The notes below the pieces were generated by a model that was given only the letters and a program-made list of their open reading frames with translations, did not search any database and was not told the DNA's origin. 53,728 bases of DNA from Comamonadaceae bacterium (GTDB lineage: Bacteria; Pseudomonadota; Gammaproteobacteria; Burkholderiales; Burkholderiaceae_C). Positions 9,209 through 18,336 of the stretch are shown here, one piece after another; the stretch's first letter is position 1, and the number at the start of each line of letters is the position of its first letter. The stretch covers positions 1 to 53,728 of the forward strand of contig CANFMY010000001.1 of assembly GCA_947448375.1 (NCBI GenBank). The letters are read 5' to 3'. The translations under genes and the position numbers were made by a program.

Positions 9209-9952
9209 ATGAACCCATTTCATTACGCCTCTCCCCAACCCTTTTACGGGTTGGCTGGGCGTTGGTGGCCCTGGCTGGCCGCAGTGGCGACCGCCCTGGG
9301 CCTGGCAGGGCTGTGGCTGGGCCTGGCCGTGGCGCCGACCGATGCCCAGCAGGGCGAGGGCTACCGCATCATCTTCGTGCACGTACCCGCCTCGTGGATG
9401 TCCATGATCATTTACCTGGCCATGGCGTTCTGGAGCGTGCTGGGCCTGGCCTTCAACACGCGCCTGTCCGGCATGATGACCCGCGCACTCGCGCCCACGG
9501 GGGCCATCTTTGCCTTCCTGTCCCTGTGGACCGGGGCGTTGTGGGGCAAGCCCATGTGGGGCACCTGGTGGGTGTGGGATGCCCGTCTCACGTCCGAGCT
9601 GATTCTGTTTTTCCTCTACCTGGGGTACATCGCGCTGACCTCGGCCATCGATGACCCGCGCCGGGGTGATCGTGCCGGTGCGCTGATTGCCATCGTGGGC
9701 GCCATCAACGTGCCCATCATCTATTTTTCGGTGAAGTGGTGGAACACCCTGCACCAGGGTGCCTCGGTGTCGCTGACGCAGGCGCCCTCCATGGCGCGCC
9801 TGATGCTGTGGGCCATGCTGCTGATGGCGCTGGCCTTCTGGCTGTATTCGATCGCGCTGGTGCTGTACCGGGTGCGAACCCTCATCTTGCAGCGTGAGCA
9901 GCATGCCCAGTGGGTGCGCGAGCTGCCCGAGCTGGCCCGGGGTGCGGCATGA
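9209..9952 (+). CDS. ccmC: Heme exporter/chaperone CcmC
   Basis: IIFVHVP, WWD motif WGKPMWGTWWVWDARLT, WWNTLHQ. Confidence 0.96.
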   Translation: MNPFHYASPQPFYGLAGRWWPWLAAVATALGLAGLWLGLAVAPTDAQQGEGYRIIFVHVPASWMSMIIYLAMAFWSVLGLAFNTRLSGMMTRALAPTGAIFAFLSLWTGALWGKPMWGTWWVWDARLTSELILFFLYLGYIALTSAIDDPRRGDRAGALIAIVGAINVPIIYFSVKWWNTLHQGASVSLTQAPSMARLMLWAMLLMALAFWLYSIALVLYRVRTLILQREQHAQWVRELPELARGAA

Positions 9953-10164
9953 GATGGACTTCCTGGGCCGAGTTCTGGGCCATGGGCGGGTACGCCGTGT
10001 ATGTGTGGGGCAGCTTTGCCATGACCGCGCTGCTCATGGCCGTTGAGGTCTGGCTGGCGCGTCGCCACCGCGTCGAGACCTGGCGCGCGGTGCAACGCGA
10101 GCGTGACCTGCAGGCAGGCGATGCGTCACCCCCCTCAGCGTTGAACGACAAGGAATTTTCATGA
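9949..10164 (+). CDS. ccmD: Heme exporter protein CcmD
   Basis: [23 protein letters not shown], single TM then basic tail, lies between ccmC and ccmE. Confidence 0.9.
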   Translation: MRWTSWAEFWAMGGYAVYVWGSFAMTALLMAVEVWLARRHRVETWRAVQRERDLQAGDASPPSALNDKEFS

Positions 10165-10607
10165 AACCCCGTCATCGGCGCTTGGGGTTGATTGCCGCGG
10201 CCGTGGCCGTGCTGGCCGTCACGGCGGCGTTTGTGCTCAATGCCTTCCAGAGCAATCTGGTCTTTTTCTTCTCACCCACGCAGATCGCCCAGGGCGAGGC
10301 CCCCAAGGGGCGCGTGTTCCGGGTGGGGGGCATGGTGAAGGAGGGCAGTGTCAAGCGCGATCAGGTGGTGGTGGAGTTCGTGGTGACCGACACGATTCAT
10401 GAAACACCGGTGCGCTACAGCGGCCTGTTGCCCGACCTCTTCAAGGAGGGCAAGGGCGTGGTGGCGCAAGGCAAACTCGACGAGCAAGGCCTTTTTGTTG
10501 CCAGCGAGGTGCTGGCCAAGCACGACGAAAACTACATGCCTCCCGAAGCCCAGCACGCGCTGGACAAGGCCGCTGCCGCCAAAGCGGCTCAATCCGTCAA
10601 GCCCTGA
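10161..10607 (+). CDS. ccmE: Heme chaperone CcmE
   Basis: [27 protein letters not shown], heme-binding [12 protein letters not shown]. Confidence 0.97.
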   Translation: MKPRHRRLGLIAAAVAVLAVTAAFVLNAFQSNLVFFFSPTQIAQGEAPKGRVFRVGGMVKEGSVKRDQVVVEFVVTDTIHETPVRYSGLLPDLFKEGKGVVAQGKLDEQGLFVASEVLAKHDENYMPPEAQHALDKAAAAKAAQSVKP

Positions 10608-10615
10608 AAGCTCTC

Positions 10616-12574
10616 ATGATTCCTGAACTTGGACACTTTGCCCTGATCCTGGCCTTGCTGGTGGCCGTGGTGCAGGGCGTGCTGCCGTTGTGGGGCACAC
10701 TCCATCGCAACACGGCCTGGCAGTCGCTGGCGCGCCCATCGGCCTTGATGCAAGCTGCGCTGGTGGCACTGGCCTTCGCCTGCCTGTCGTCGTCCTTCCT
10801 GGCCAACGATTTCTCGGTGGTGTACGTGGCCCAGCACTCGAACACCTTGCTGCCCAAGCCCTATCAGTTCGCCGCTGTGTGGGGCGGCCATGAGGGCTCC
10901 TTGCTGCTGTGGGTGTTGTTGCTGGCGCTGTGGAGTGCGGCCGTGGCGGTGTTCTCCGCCAGTCTGCCCCTGGCCATGGTGGCCCGGGTGCTGGGTGTGC
11001 TGGGGCTGGTGTCGATCGGCTTTCTGAGCTTCATTCTCACCACGTCCAACCCGTTCGAGCGCCTGTTGCCGGCCGCACAGGAGGGCCGCGACCTCAACCC
11101 GCTGCTGCAAGACCCCGGACTCGTGATCCATCCGCCCATGCTCTACATGGGGTACGTGGGCATGTCGGTGGCCTTTGCGTTTGCCATTGCCGCGTTGTTG
11201 TCGGGTCGCCTGGATGCGGCGTGGGCCCGCTGGTCGCGCCCCTGGACGCTCATCGCCTGGACGTTCCTGACCTTCGGCATCGGGCTGGGGTCCTGGTGGG
11301 CCTATTACGAACTGGGCTGGGGCGGCTGGTGGTTCTGGGACCCGGTTGAAAACGCCTCGCTCATGCCCTGGCTGGTGGCCACGGCCTTGATCCACTCCCT
11401 CATGGTCACCGAGAAGCGCGGCAGCTTCAAGGCCTGGACGGTGCTGTTGGCGATTGGCGCGTTTTCCCTGTCGCTGCTGGGGACCTTCCTGGTGCGCTCC
11501 GGGGTGCTGACCTCGGTGCATGCCTTTGCGTCCGATCCGTCGCGGGGTGTCTTCGTGTTGCTGTTCCTGGCGGTGGTGGTGGGCAGTTCGCTCACGCTGT
11601 TTGCCTGGCGTGCGCCACAGGTCACGCTCGGCGGCAGCATGGGACTGCTCTCGCGCGAGACGTTTTTGCTGGTCAACAGCGTGCTGCTGGTGGTGGCCAC
11701 CGGGGCTGTGCTGCTGGGCACGATTTATCCGCTGGTGATCGATGCGCTGAATCTGGGCAAGCTGTCGGTGGGCCCCCCGTATTTCAACCTGGTGTTTGCC
11801 CCCCTGATGGTGCCCCTCTTGTTCATCATGATCCCGGGCACGGTGGCGCGCTGGCGCGAAGCGAAACTCACCGAGCTCGTGATCGAGCTGCGCTGGGTGG
11901 GGTTGCTGTCGCTGTTGGTGGGCTGCGTTGCCCCGCTCGCCTTTGGAGCCTGGTCTGTCGGTACCGCGCTGGGCTGGACGCTGGGGGCCTGGGTGGGACT
12001 CGGTACCCTTTGGCAGGTGGTGCAACGCGTGCGCAAGCCGGGACGCATCCCGGCCGCGTTCTGGGGCATGCACCTGGCACACCTGGGCATGGCGGTGCTG
12101 GTGGTGGGCGTGACCGGGGTCAAGTCCTTTGAAGTCGAGCGCGACGTGCGCATGGGCTTGGGAGACGACGTGTCGATTGCCCCCTACACCTTCCGCCTGG
12201 TGGGCATGAACAACGTGCAAGGCCCGAACTACCGTGCAGTGCGCGCCGAGGTGCACGTGCTGCGCAACGGTCAGCCCCTGGAGGTGTTGTGGCCTGAAAA
12301 GCGCAACTATCTGTCATCGGCCATGCCCATGACCGAGGCGGCCATCGATTCGGGCTTCATGCGCGACCTGTACGTGTCCCTGGGTGACCGCTTGGAGGGC
12401 AACCGACCCGAGTGGAGCATGCGCGTGTATTTCAAGCCCTTTGTGCCCTGGCTGTGGGGCGGCGTGCTGCTGATGGTGTTGGGCGGCGCGGCCGCGTCGC
12501 TGGACCGGCGCTACCGCAAGACGCGGGTCGCCGATGGCCTCACCGACGGTGCGGCGGCGGCGCGTGCGGGTTGA
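10616..12574 (+). CDS. ccmF: Heme lyase CcmF
   Basis: MIPELGH, WGGHEGS, IHPPMLY, WAYYELGWGGWWFWDPVENAS, SVHAFA. Confidence 0.97.
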   Translation: MIPELGHFALILALLVAVVQGVLPLWGTLHRNTAWQSLARPSALMQAALVALAFACLSSSFLANDFSVVYVAQHSNTLLPKPYQFAAVWGGHEGSLLLWVLLLALWSAAVAVFSASLPLAMVARVLGVLGLVSIGFLSFILTTSNPFERLLPAAQEGRDLNPLLQDPGLVIHPPMLYMGYVGMSVAFAFAIAALLSGRLDAAWARWSRPWTLIAWTFLTFGIGLGSWWAYYELGWGGWWFWDPVENASLMPWLVATALIHSLMVTEKRGSFKAWTVLLAIGAFSLSLLGTFLVRSGVLTSVHAFASDPSRGVFVLLFLAVVVGSSLTLFAWRAPQVTLGGSMGLLSRETFLLVNSVLLVVATGAVLLGTIYPLVIDALNLGKLSVGPPYFNLVFAPLMVPLLFIMIPGTVARWREAKLTELVIELRWVGLLSLLVGCVAPLAFGAWSVGTALGWTLGAWVGLGTLWQVVQRVRKPGRIPAAFWGMHLAHLGMAVLVVGVTGVKSFEVERDVRMGLGDDVSIAPYTFRLVGMNNVQGPNYRAVRAEVHVLRNGQPLEVLWPEKRNYLSSAMPMTEAAIDSGFMRDLYVSLGDRLEGNRPEWSMRVYFKPFVPWLWGGVLLMVLGGAAASLDRRYRKTRVADGLTDGAAAARAG

Positions 12575-12584
12575 AGACAACGAC

Positions 12585-13166
12585 ATGAAAAAATTTCTGA
12601 TTCCCCTGGCCTTGTTTTTGGCCTTGGTGGCTTTTCTGGCCGTGGGGCTCAAGCGCGATCCGCGCGAAATCCCCTCGCCCCTGATCAACAAGCCGGCACC
12701 GGCCTTCAGCCTGCCCACGCTGGAAGGGAGCGAGCTGTTCACACCCGAGCGCCTGCGAGGCCAGGTGTGGATGCTCAACGTCTGGGCCACCTGGTGTGTG
12801 GCGTGCCGCGAGGAGCACCCGGTGCTGGTGGCGTTTGCACGCCAGCAGGCGGTGCCCATCGTGGGCCTGAGCTACAAGGAAATTCAGCCGCAGGACGAAG
12901 CCAATGGCAAGCTCTCACCCGAGGCCAAGCTGCAACTGGCCCGCGAGCGCAGCACCGTGTGGCTGGCGCGGCACGGCAACCCCTACGCGCTGTCGGTGAT
13001 GGACCTGGATGGCCGTGTCGGCATCAACTACGGTGTGTACGGCGTGCCCGAGACCTACGTCATCGACCGCCAGGGCGTCATCCGCTACAAGCGCGTGGGC
13101 GTGGTGACGCCGGCCCTGTTGAGCGAGAAGATCCTGCCCCTGATCCGCGAGCTGGAGAAATCATGA
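12585..13166 (+). CDS. ccmG: Thiol:disulfide oxidoreductase CcmG/DsbE
   Basis: N-terminal anchor, SPLINKPAPAF, WATWCVACREEHP, YGVYGVPETY. Confidence 0.94.
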   Translation: MKKFLIPLALFLALVAFLAVGLKRDPREIPSPLINKPAPAFSLPTLEGSELFTPERLRGQVWMLNVWATWCVACREEHPVLVAFARQQAVPIVGLSYKEIQPQDEANGKLSPEAKLQLARERSTVWLARHGNPYALSVMDLDGRVGINYGVYGVPETYVIDRQGVIRYKRVGVVTPALLSEKILPLIRELEKS

Positions 13167-13639
13167 GGCTGCGCATGCAACCCTTCATTCAAGCGCTGCT
13201 GACGGGGGTGCTGCTCGCTGTCGCTGGCCTGGCGCCAGCACGCGAGGCGGCACCTCGGGCCGAGGACCCGGTGGTGGAGGCTCGCCTGGTGGCCATTGCC
13301 GACGAGCTGCGTTGCCTGGTGTGTCAGAACGAGTCGCTGGCGTCCTCGCACGCCGAGCTGGCCGAGGACTTGCGCCGCGAGGTGCGAGGCCTGATCCGCG
13401 AGGGCAAGTCCGACACGGACATCAAACGCTTTCTGGTCGACCGCTACGGTGATTTCGTGTTGTACCGACCCGAGGTGAAGCCGCTGACCTGGGCGTTGTG
13501 GTTCGGTCCCTTTGCGCTGCTGGTGTTGGCCTTGGTGGTGCTGGGGCGGTATTTGCGCCAGCGCCGCGACCAGGTGCCGCGCCAGACCTCTTTGAGCGAG
13601 GCCGATCGTGCCCGCGCCGAGCAATTGCTGAAGGATTGA
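13163..13639 (+). CDS. ccmH: Cytochrome c biogenesis protein CcmH
   Basis: LRCLVCQNESLASS, RYGDFVLYRP, C-terminal TM. Start ATG 13163 overlaps the ccmG stop. Confidence 0.94.
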   Translation: MRLRMQPFIQALLTGVLLAVAGLAPAREAAPRAEDPVVEARLVAIADELRCLVCQNESLASSHAELAEDLRREVRGLIREGKSDTDIKRFLVDRYGDFVLYRPEVKPLTWALWFGPFALLVLALVVLGRYLRQRRDQVPRQTSLSEADRARAEQLLKD

Positions 13640-13640
13640 T

Positions 13641-15008
13641 GTGAACCCCGTGGTGCTGTTTCTGGTGATGGTGCTGACGCTGAGTGTTGGCGTGGCGTGG
13701 GTGTGGTGGCGGGCGCTCAAGCGGGCCGCCGAGTCCACGGTGGAATCTCCCGAGGGAGACCAGGTGGGCTCCAATGTGGCGGTGTATCGCGAACAACTGG
13801 CCGAACTCGAGCGCGACTGGCAGCAAGGCCTGCTGACTGAGCCCGAGGTCACCAGCGCGCGAGACGAACTCAGCCGACGTTTGCTGGAGGATGCCCAGCT
13901 CGCTGCAGACACCGGGTCCCGGCTGTCTTCGCGAGCACGCACGGCAGCCGTTGCCGCTGCCCCCTCCACCCGATCGCGTCGCTGGCTGGCCCTGGGCCTG
14001 GCCTTGTACCTGCCGCTGGCGGGCCTCGGTCTGTATGGCTGGCTGGGGCAACCGCTGGCCCTCGACCCCGTCGCCTTGTCACAAGGCGAGCCCGATCACA
14101 CCGTGGACCCAGCCAAGCTGACCGAGATGGTGGCCAAGCTCGAGCAACGCCTGACCGAAGAGCCGCAGCAACTCGACGGGTGGCTCATGCTCGCTCGTGT
14201 GCAGCGGGTGCGCGAGCGCTTCGACGAATCAGCCCAGGCCTTCGCCCGCGCGCTGAGTCTGAGTGCCAATGACGACGTGGCGATCGAACGCGCCGAGGTG
14301 CTGGCCCGCGGACGTGGCGGCTTCGAGGGCGAGCCCTGGCAGATCATCCAGGGCGTGCTCAAGGCAGACCCCGACCATGAAGGCGCGCGTTTGCTGGCGG
14401 GCAGTGCTGCCTATTCCGAAGGGCGTTACGCAGTCGCGCTCATGCACTGGAAGCGGGTGCAAAGCCGCATGGCCGCCGGTGCGCCCGACAAGGCAGAACT
14501 GGACGACGCCATTGCGCAGGCCGAGTCCAGGCTGGGGGCCCAGGCGGGGGGCAAAGCGGGAGGCCCGATACCCAACCAGGCCTTGAGCGGCGCTGCGGGT
14601 GCGCCCGCTGCGCAGGGAGGGGCGTCTTCAGGTCAAGTGGCGTCCTCAGTTCCAGGCGTGGTGTCGGCCCGCATCACCGGCCGGGTGGTGCTGGCGCCGG
14701 GTCTGATGTCCAAGGTCTCACCGGGTGACACAGTGTTCATCTACGCCACGCCCGCGCAAGGCTCGCGCATGCCACTGGCCATTGTGCGCACCACGGTGGC
14801 TCAGTTGCCGTTCAATTTTGTGCTGGATGAGTCCACAGCCATGAACCCGCAGGCGTCGCTCGCGGGGCAGACGCAGGTGACCTTGCGCGCTCGTATCTCG
14901 AGCACCGGAGACGCCCTATCCAAGCCGGGCGACCTGGGCGTGATGAAAACGCCGGTGAGCGTGGGGGCGTCGGGTGTGGAGTTGAAGATCGAGGGACCCA
15001 TGCCCTGA
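13641..15008 (+). CDS. ccmI: c-type cytochrome biogenesis protein CcmI (TPR)
   Basis: NVAVYREQLAELERD...ELSRRLL, second TM, TPR-like GWLMLAR, Ala/Gly linker, C-terminal VFIYA...MPLA domain. Confidence 0.9.
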   Translation: MNPVVLFLVMVLTLSVGVAWVWWRALKRAAESTVESPEGDQVGSNVAVYREQLAELERDWQQGLLTEPEVTSARDELSRRLLEDAQLAADTGSRLSSRARTAAVAAAPSTRSRRWLALGLALYLPLAGLGLYGWLGQPLALDPVALSQGEPDHTVDPAKLTEMVAKLEQRLTEEPQQLDGWLMLARVQRVRERFDESAQAFARALSLSANDDVAIERAEVLARGRGGFEGEPWQIIQGVLKADPDHEGARLLAGSAAYSEGRYAVALMHWKRVQSRMAAGAPDKAELDDAIAQAESRLGAQAGGKAGGPIPNQALSGAAGAPAAQGGASSGQVASSVPGVVSARITGRVVLAPGLMSKVSPGDTVFIYATPAQGSRMPLAIVRTTVAQLPFNFVLDESTAMNPQASLAGQTQVTLRARISSTGDALSKPGDLGVMKTPVSVGASGVELKIEGPMP

Positions 15009-15067
15009 TCAGGCCCGCGGCTCCCCGGGCACTGGCCCCGGGCTGGTGGGCGTTTGAGCCGGGGGGC

Positions 15068-15670
15068 TCACCCCATCAACAAGCCGTGGGTGCGGGCGAA
15101 GTGCAGGGTTTGCGTGCGGCTCTTGACGCCCAGGCGGCGGAACAGGCGCCACAAATGCACCTTGACGGTGTGCTCGCTGATGCTGAGTTCGGTGGCGATG
15201 TCGCGGTTGCTCAGGCCTCGGTCCAGCATCAGGATGAGCTGCTTTTGACGCTTGGACAGTTTGGTGTCGCCTGGCGCGGTCGCCCCCTCTTCGTCGGTGG
15301 GCACATCGGCGGCGAGCAGTCCTTGCAGTCCGTTGGTGATGTCCTGGGCTGGCGCTGACTTTTCCAGGTACAGATCGGCCCCGGCTTCGATGCAGGTTTC
15401 CTCGGCTTCACCGGCTGGCATGGCCGAGATGACAGCCAGCGGAATTTCCGGGTAGAGGCTCTTGATGTCGCTCACGGCAGACGCGCCTTTCACGCCGGGC
15501 AGCAGCAGATCAAGCACAAACAGCTCGGGCTCGCCGTTCTTGATGATGGCGGCTTGCAACTCGCTGAGCTTTTCCAGTTCAACCACCTTGCTCGCCGGAC
15601 GCAAACGACGCAACAGCATCCCGATGGCTTGACGAACCAGGGGGTGGTCATCGATGACGTACAAACTCAT
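15068..15670 (-). CDS. NarL/LuxR-family response regulator (no cognate kinase in window)
   Basis: IDDHPLV, phospho-site VLDL, conserved S and K, HTH LSKRQ...GLSNRDIA...ISEHTVKVHL. Confidence 0.92.
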   Translation of the reverse strand: MSLYVIDDHPLVRQAIGMLLRRLRPASKVVELEKLSELQAAIIKNGEPELFVLDLLLPGVKGASAVSDIKSLYPEIPLAVISAMPAGEAEETCIEAGADLYLEKSAPAQDITNGLQGLLAADVPTDEEGATAPGDTKLSKRQKQLILMLDRGLSNRDIATELSISEHTVKVHLWRLFRRLGVKSRTQTLHFARTHGLLMG

Positions 15671-15684
15671 GAAAACACTCCTGC

Positions 15685-16881
15685 TCAGTAATTCAGGCCC
15701 ATGGCCTCTCGAACGTCGCGCATGGTCTCGCGCGCCACCACGCGGGCGCGCTCGGTTCCAGCGTCAACGATATCACGGACGATGCGGGGGTTGGCCACAT
15801 AGGGCTCGGCACGGGCCAGCATCGGTTGCTGCTCGGTGAGCATGCTGTCGATCACCGGCTGCTTGCACTCCAGGCAGCCAATGCCGGCGGACTTGCACCC
15901 TTGCTCGACCCAGCCCCGCACCTCGGGGGACGAGTACACCTTGTGGAACTCCCACACCGGACAGCGTGCCGGGTCGCCGGCGTCGGTGCGCTTGACGCGC
16001 GCCGGGTCGGTGGGCATGCGCTTGACCTTTTGTTCCAGGGTGGCTTTGTCTTCGCGGATGGCAATCGAGTTGTTGTAGCTCTTGCTCATCTTGGCGCCGT
16101 CCAGGCCCGGCAGTCGGCTGGCTTCGGTGAGCAACACCTGCGGCTCGGGCAGGATCACCTTGCCGGTGCCACGGAAATAGCCCTCGAGACGCTCGCGGTC
16201 ATGCGAGTCGAGTTCAGGGGCGGAGGCGATGTAGCCCATGGCGCCCTCGAGGGCTTTGACGTCACCGGTTTCCTGGAACTGCTTGCGCGATTTCTCGAAG
16301 CGCTTGGCACTGTCCTTGGGCAGTTTGGCCAGGCTGGCCTGGATTTTTTCCTCGTAGTGGATCTCGCGGCCGTAGAGGTGGTTGAAGCGGCGGGCCGCCT
16401 CGCGGGTGAGCTCGACGTGGCTGGCCTGGTCCTCGCCCACCGGCACGTACTTGGCCTTGTAGATCAGGATGTCGGCCGCCTGCAGCAACGGGTAGCCCAG
16501 GAAGCCGTAGGTGGAGAGGTCCTTGTCTTTCAGTTTTTCCTGCTGATCCTTGTAGGTGGGCACGCGTTCGAGCCAGCCCAGCGGCGTGCCCATGGCGAGC
16601 AGCGTGAACAGTTCGGCGTGTTCGGGCAGACGGCTTTGCAGGAAGATGGTGCACTGCTCGGGGTCGAGGCCGGCGGCGAGCCAGTCGATCACCATCTCGT
16701 AGACGTTTTTCTCGATGACCTCGCGGCTCTCGTAGTGGGTGGTCAGGGCATGCCAGTCGGCCACGAAGTAAAAGCACTCCTTCTCGGACTGCAGTCGAAC
16801 CCAGTTCTTGAGGGCTCCGTGGTAGTGACCCAGATGCAAGGCCCCGGTGGGGCGCATGCCGGAGAGGACACGGTCTTTCAT
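15685..16881 (-). CDS. trpS: Tryptophan--tRNA ligase
   Basis: SGMRPTGALHLGH, YPLLQAADI, VPVGEDQ, KMSKS. Confidence 0.97.
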   Translation of the reverse strand: MKDRVLSGMRPTGALHLGHYHGALKNWVRLQSEKECFYFVADWHALTTHYESREVIEKNVYEMVIDWLAAGLDPEQCTIFLQSRLPEHAELFTLLAMGTPLGWLERVPTYKDQQEKLKDKDLSTYGFLGYPLLQAADILIYKAKYVPVGEDQASHVELTREAARRFNHLYGREIHYEEKIQASLAKLPKDSAKRFEKSRKQFQETGDVKALEGAMGYIASAPELDSHDRERLEGYFRGTGKVILPEPQVLLTEASRLPGLDGAKMSKSYNNSIAIREDKATLEQKVKRMPTDPARVKRTDAGDPARCPVWEFHKVYSSPEVRGWVEQGCKSAGIGCLECKQPVIDSMLTEQQPMLARAEPYVANPRIVRDIVDAGTERARVVARETMRDVREAMGLNY

Positions 16882-16885
16882 TGTG

Positions 16886-17554
16886 TTACTTCACCAAAAA
16901 ATCGAGCGGACTGAGGGCCAGTTTGAGGAACTCGAAACTCAGGTCCATCAAGGGGTGCATCCACCAGGCACTCAGGACGCCCATCAACACCAGGGCCATC
17001 ACGATGAAAAACCCGTAAGGCTCGAGGCGCGAGAACATGAGCGCCTGCCGCCACGGCAACAGACCCACGACAATGCGGCCCCCGTCCAACGGTGGCAGCG
17101 GAAACAGGTTGAAGGCAAACATCACCACGTTGGCCAGCATGCCGGCGCGGCACATCTCCAGGAAAAACCGCTCTTGCAGACCGACACCCACCAGCACGTA
17201 CAGCAGCACCCCCCACAGCAAGGCCTGCACCAGGTTGACGCCCGGTCCGGCCAGCGCCACCCAGATCATGTCGCGCTTGGGGTTGTGCAGGCGGTCAAAC
17301 CTGACCGGCACCGGCTTGGCATAGCCAAACAGCATGGCGCCCGAGGTGGCAAAGTACAGGGCCAGGGGCATCACCAGGGTACCGACCCAGTCGATGTGGG
17401 GCACCGGGTTGAGCGTGACGCGTCCCATCATCCAGGCCGTGTTGTCGCCGAAATGCCGGGCCGCGTACCCGTGTGCCGCCTCGTGCAAGGTGATGGCAAA
17501 CAGCACCGGCAGGGCGTAAATGAGGACGGTCTGGACCAGATCAGGGAAGTTCAC
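16886..17554 (-). CDS. Site-2 protease (M50) family membrane metalloprotease
   Basis: HEAAH, LNPVPHID, AGP, FNLFPLPPLDGG. Confidence 0.93.
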   Translation of the reverse strand: MNFPDLVQTVLIYALPVLFAITLHEAAHGYAARHFGDNTAWMMGRVTLNPVPHIDWVGTLVMPLALYFATSGAMLFGYAKPVPVRFDRLHNPKRDMIWVALAGPGVNLVQALLWGVLLYVLVGVGLQERFFLEMCRAGMLANVVMFAFNLFPLPPLDGGRIVVGLLPWRQALMFSRLEPYGFFIVMALVLMGVLSAWWMHPLMDLSFEFLKLALSPLDFLVK

Positions 17555-17661
17555 CCCCGAATTATGACTTTGTTATGCCCAACGCCCGCTGACAGGGGCA
17601 AATGCCATGCGTTTCACTTAAAACCGGAGGTGCGGATGCAACACTTTCAGCCTCCTGCCGC

Positions 17662-18300
17662 TCAGTCCAGGCCCAGGATGTCGAGCGAGCCGCGCCCCTC
17701 ACGGATCACCACCGGGGCATCGCCCTGGCCCATGGGCGTGAGGTCCACCACGGTGGTGGGCTCGAGCGGACAGGCGCCGGCGTCGACCACGGCGGCAATC
17801 TCGTGCTCGAGTTGCTCACGAATCTGCTCGGGGTCGTTCAGCGGCAGCTCCTCGCCCGGCAGGATCAGGGTGGTGGCCAGGAGCGGGGCACCGTGCAGGC
17901 TCAGCAACTCTTGCAGGGCCCGGTGATCGGGCACGCGCAGTCCGATGGTCTTGCGCTGCGGGTGGCTGACCCGACGGGGCACCTCCTTGCTGGCTTCCAG
18001 AATGAAGGTGTAAGCCCCGGGTGTGGCGGCCTTGAGCAGGCGGAATTGCCGGTTGTCCACACGCGCAAACAGGGCCAGCTCCGAGAGGTCGCGGCACAGC
18101 AGGGTCAGGTGGTGCTTGTCGTCCACCCCGCGGATGCGGCGCAAGTGTTCCACCGCCGCCTTGTCGTCGAGGTGGCAGGCCAGCGCATAGCTGGAGTCGG
18201 TGGGAACGGCCAGCACCTCGCCGCGAGTCAGCCATTGAGCCGCCTGCTTGAGCAGACGGGCCTGGGGGTTGTCGGGGTGAACGTGCAGAAACTGGGCCAT
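17662..18300 (-). CDS. yciO: Sua5/YciO/YrdC family protein (YciO type)
   Basis: HPDNPQARL, PTDSSYAL, PGAYTFIL, RKTIGLRVP, PTTVVDL. Confidence 0.9.
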   Translation of the reverse strand: MAQFLHVHPDNPQARLLKQAAQWLTRGEVLAVPTDSSYALACHLDDKAAVEHLRRIRGVDDKHHLTLLCRDLSELALFARVDNRQFRLLKAATPGAYTFILEASKEVPRRVSHPQRKTIGLRVPDHRALQELLSLHGAPLLATTLILPGEELPLNDPEQIREQLEHEIAAVVDAGACPLEPTTVVDLTPMGQGDAPVVIREGRGSLDILGLD

Positions 18301-18336
18301 GGGGCAAACAATCAGGAAGAAGCATTCATGCGCTGC

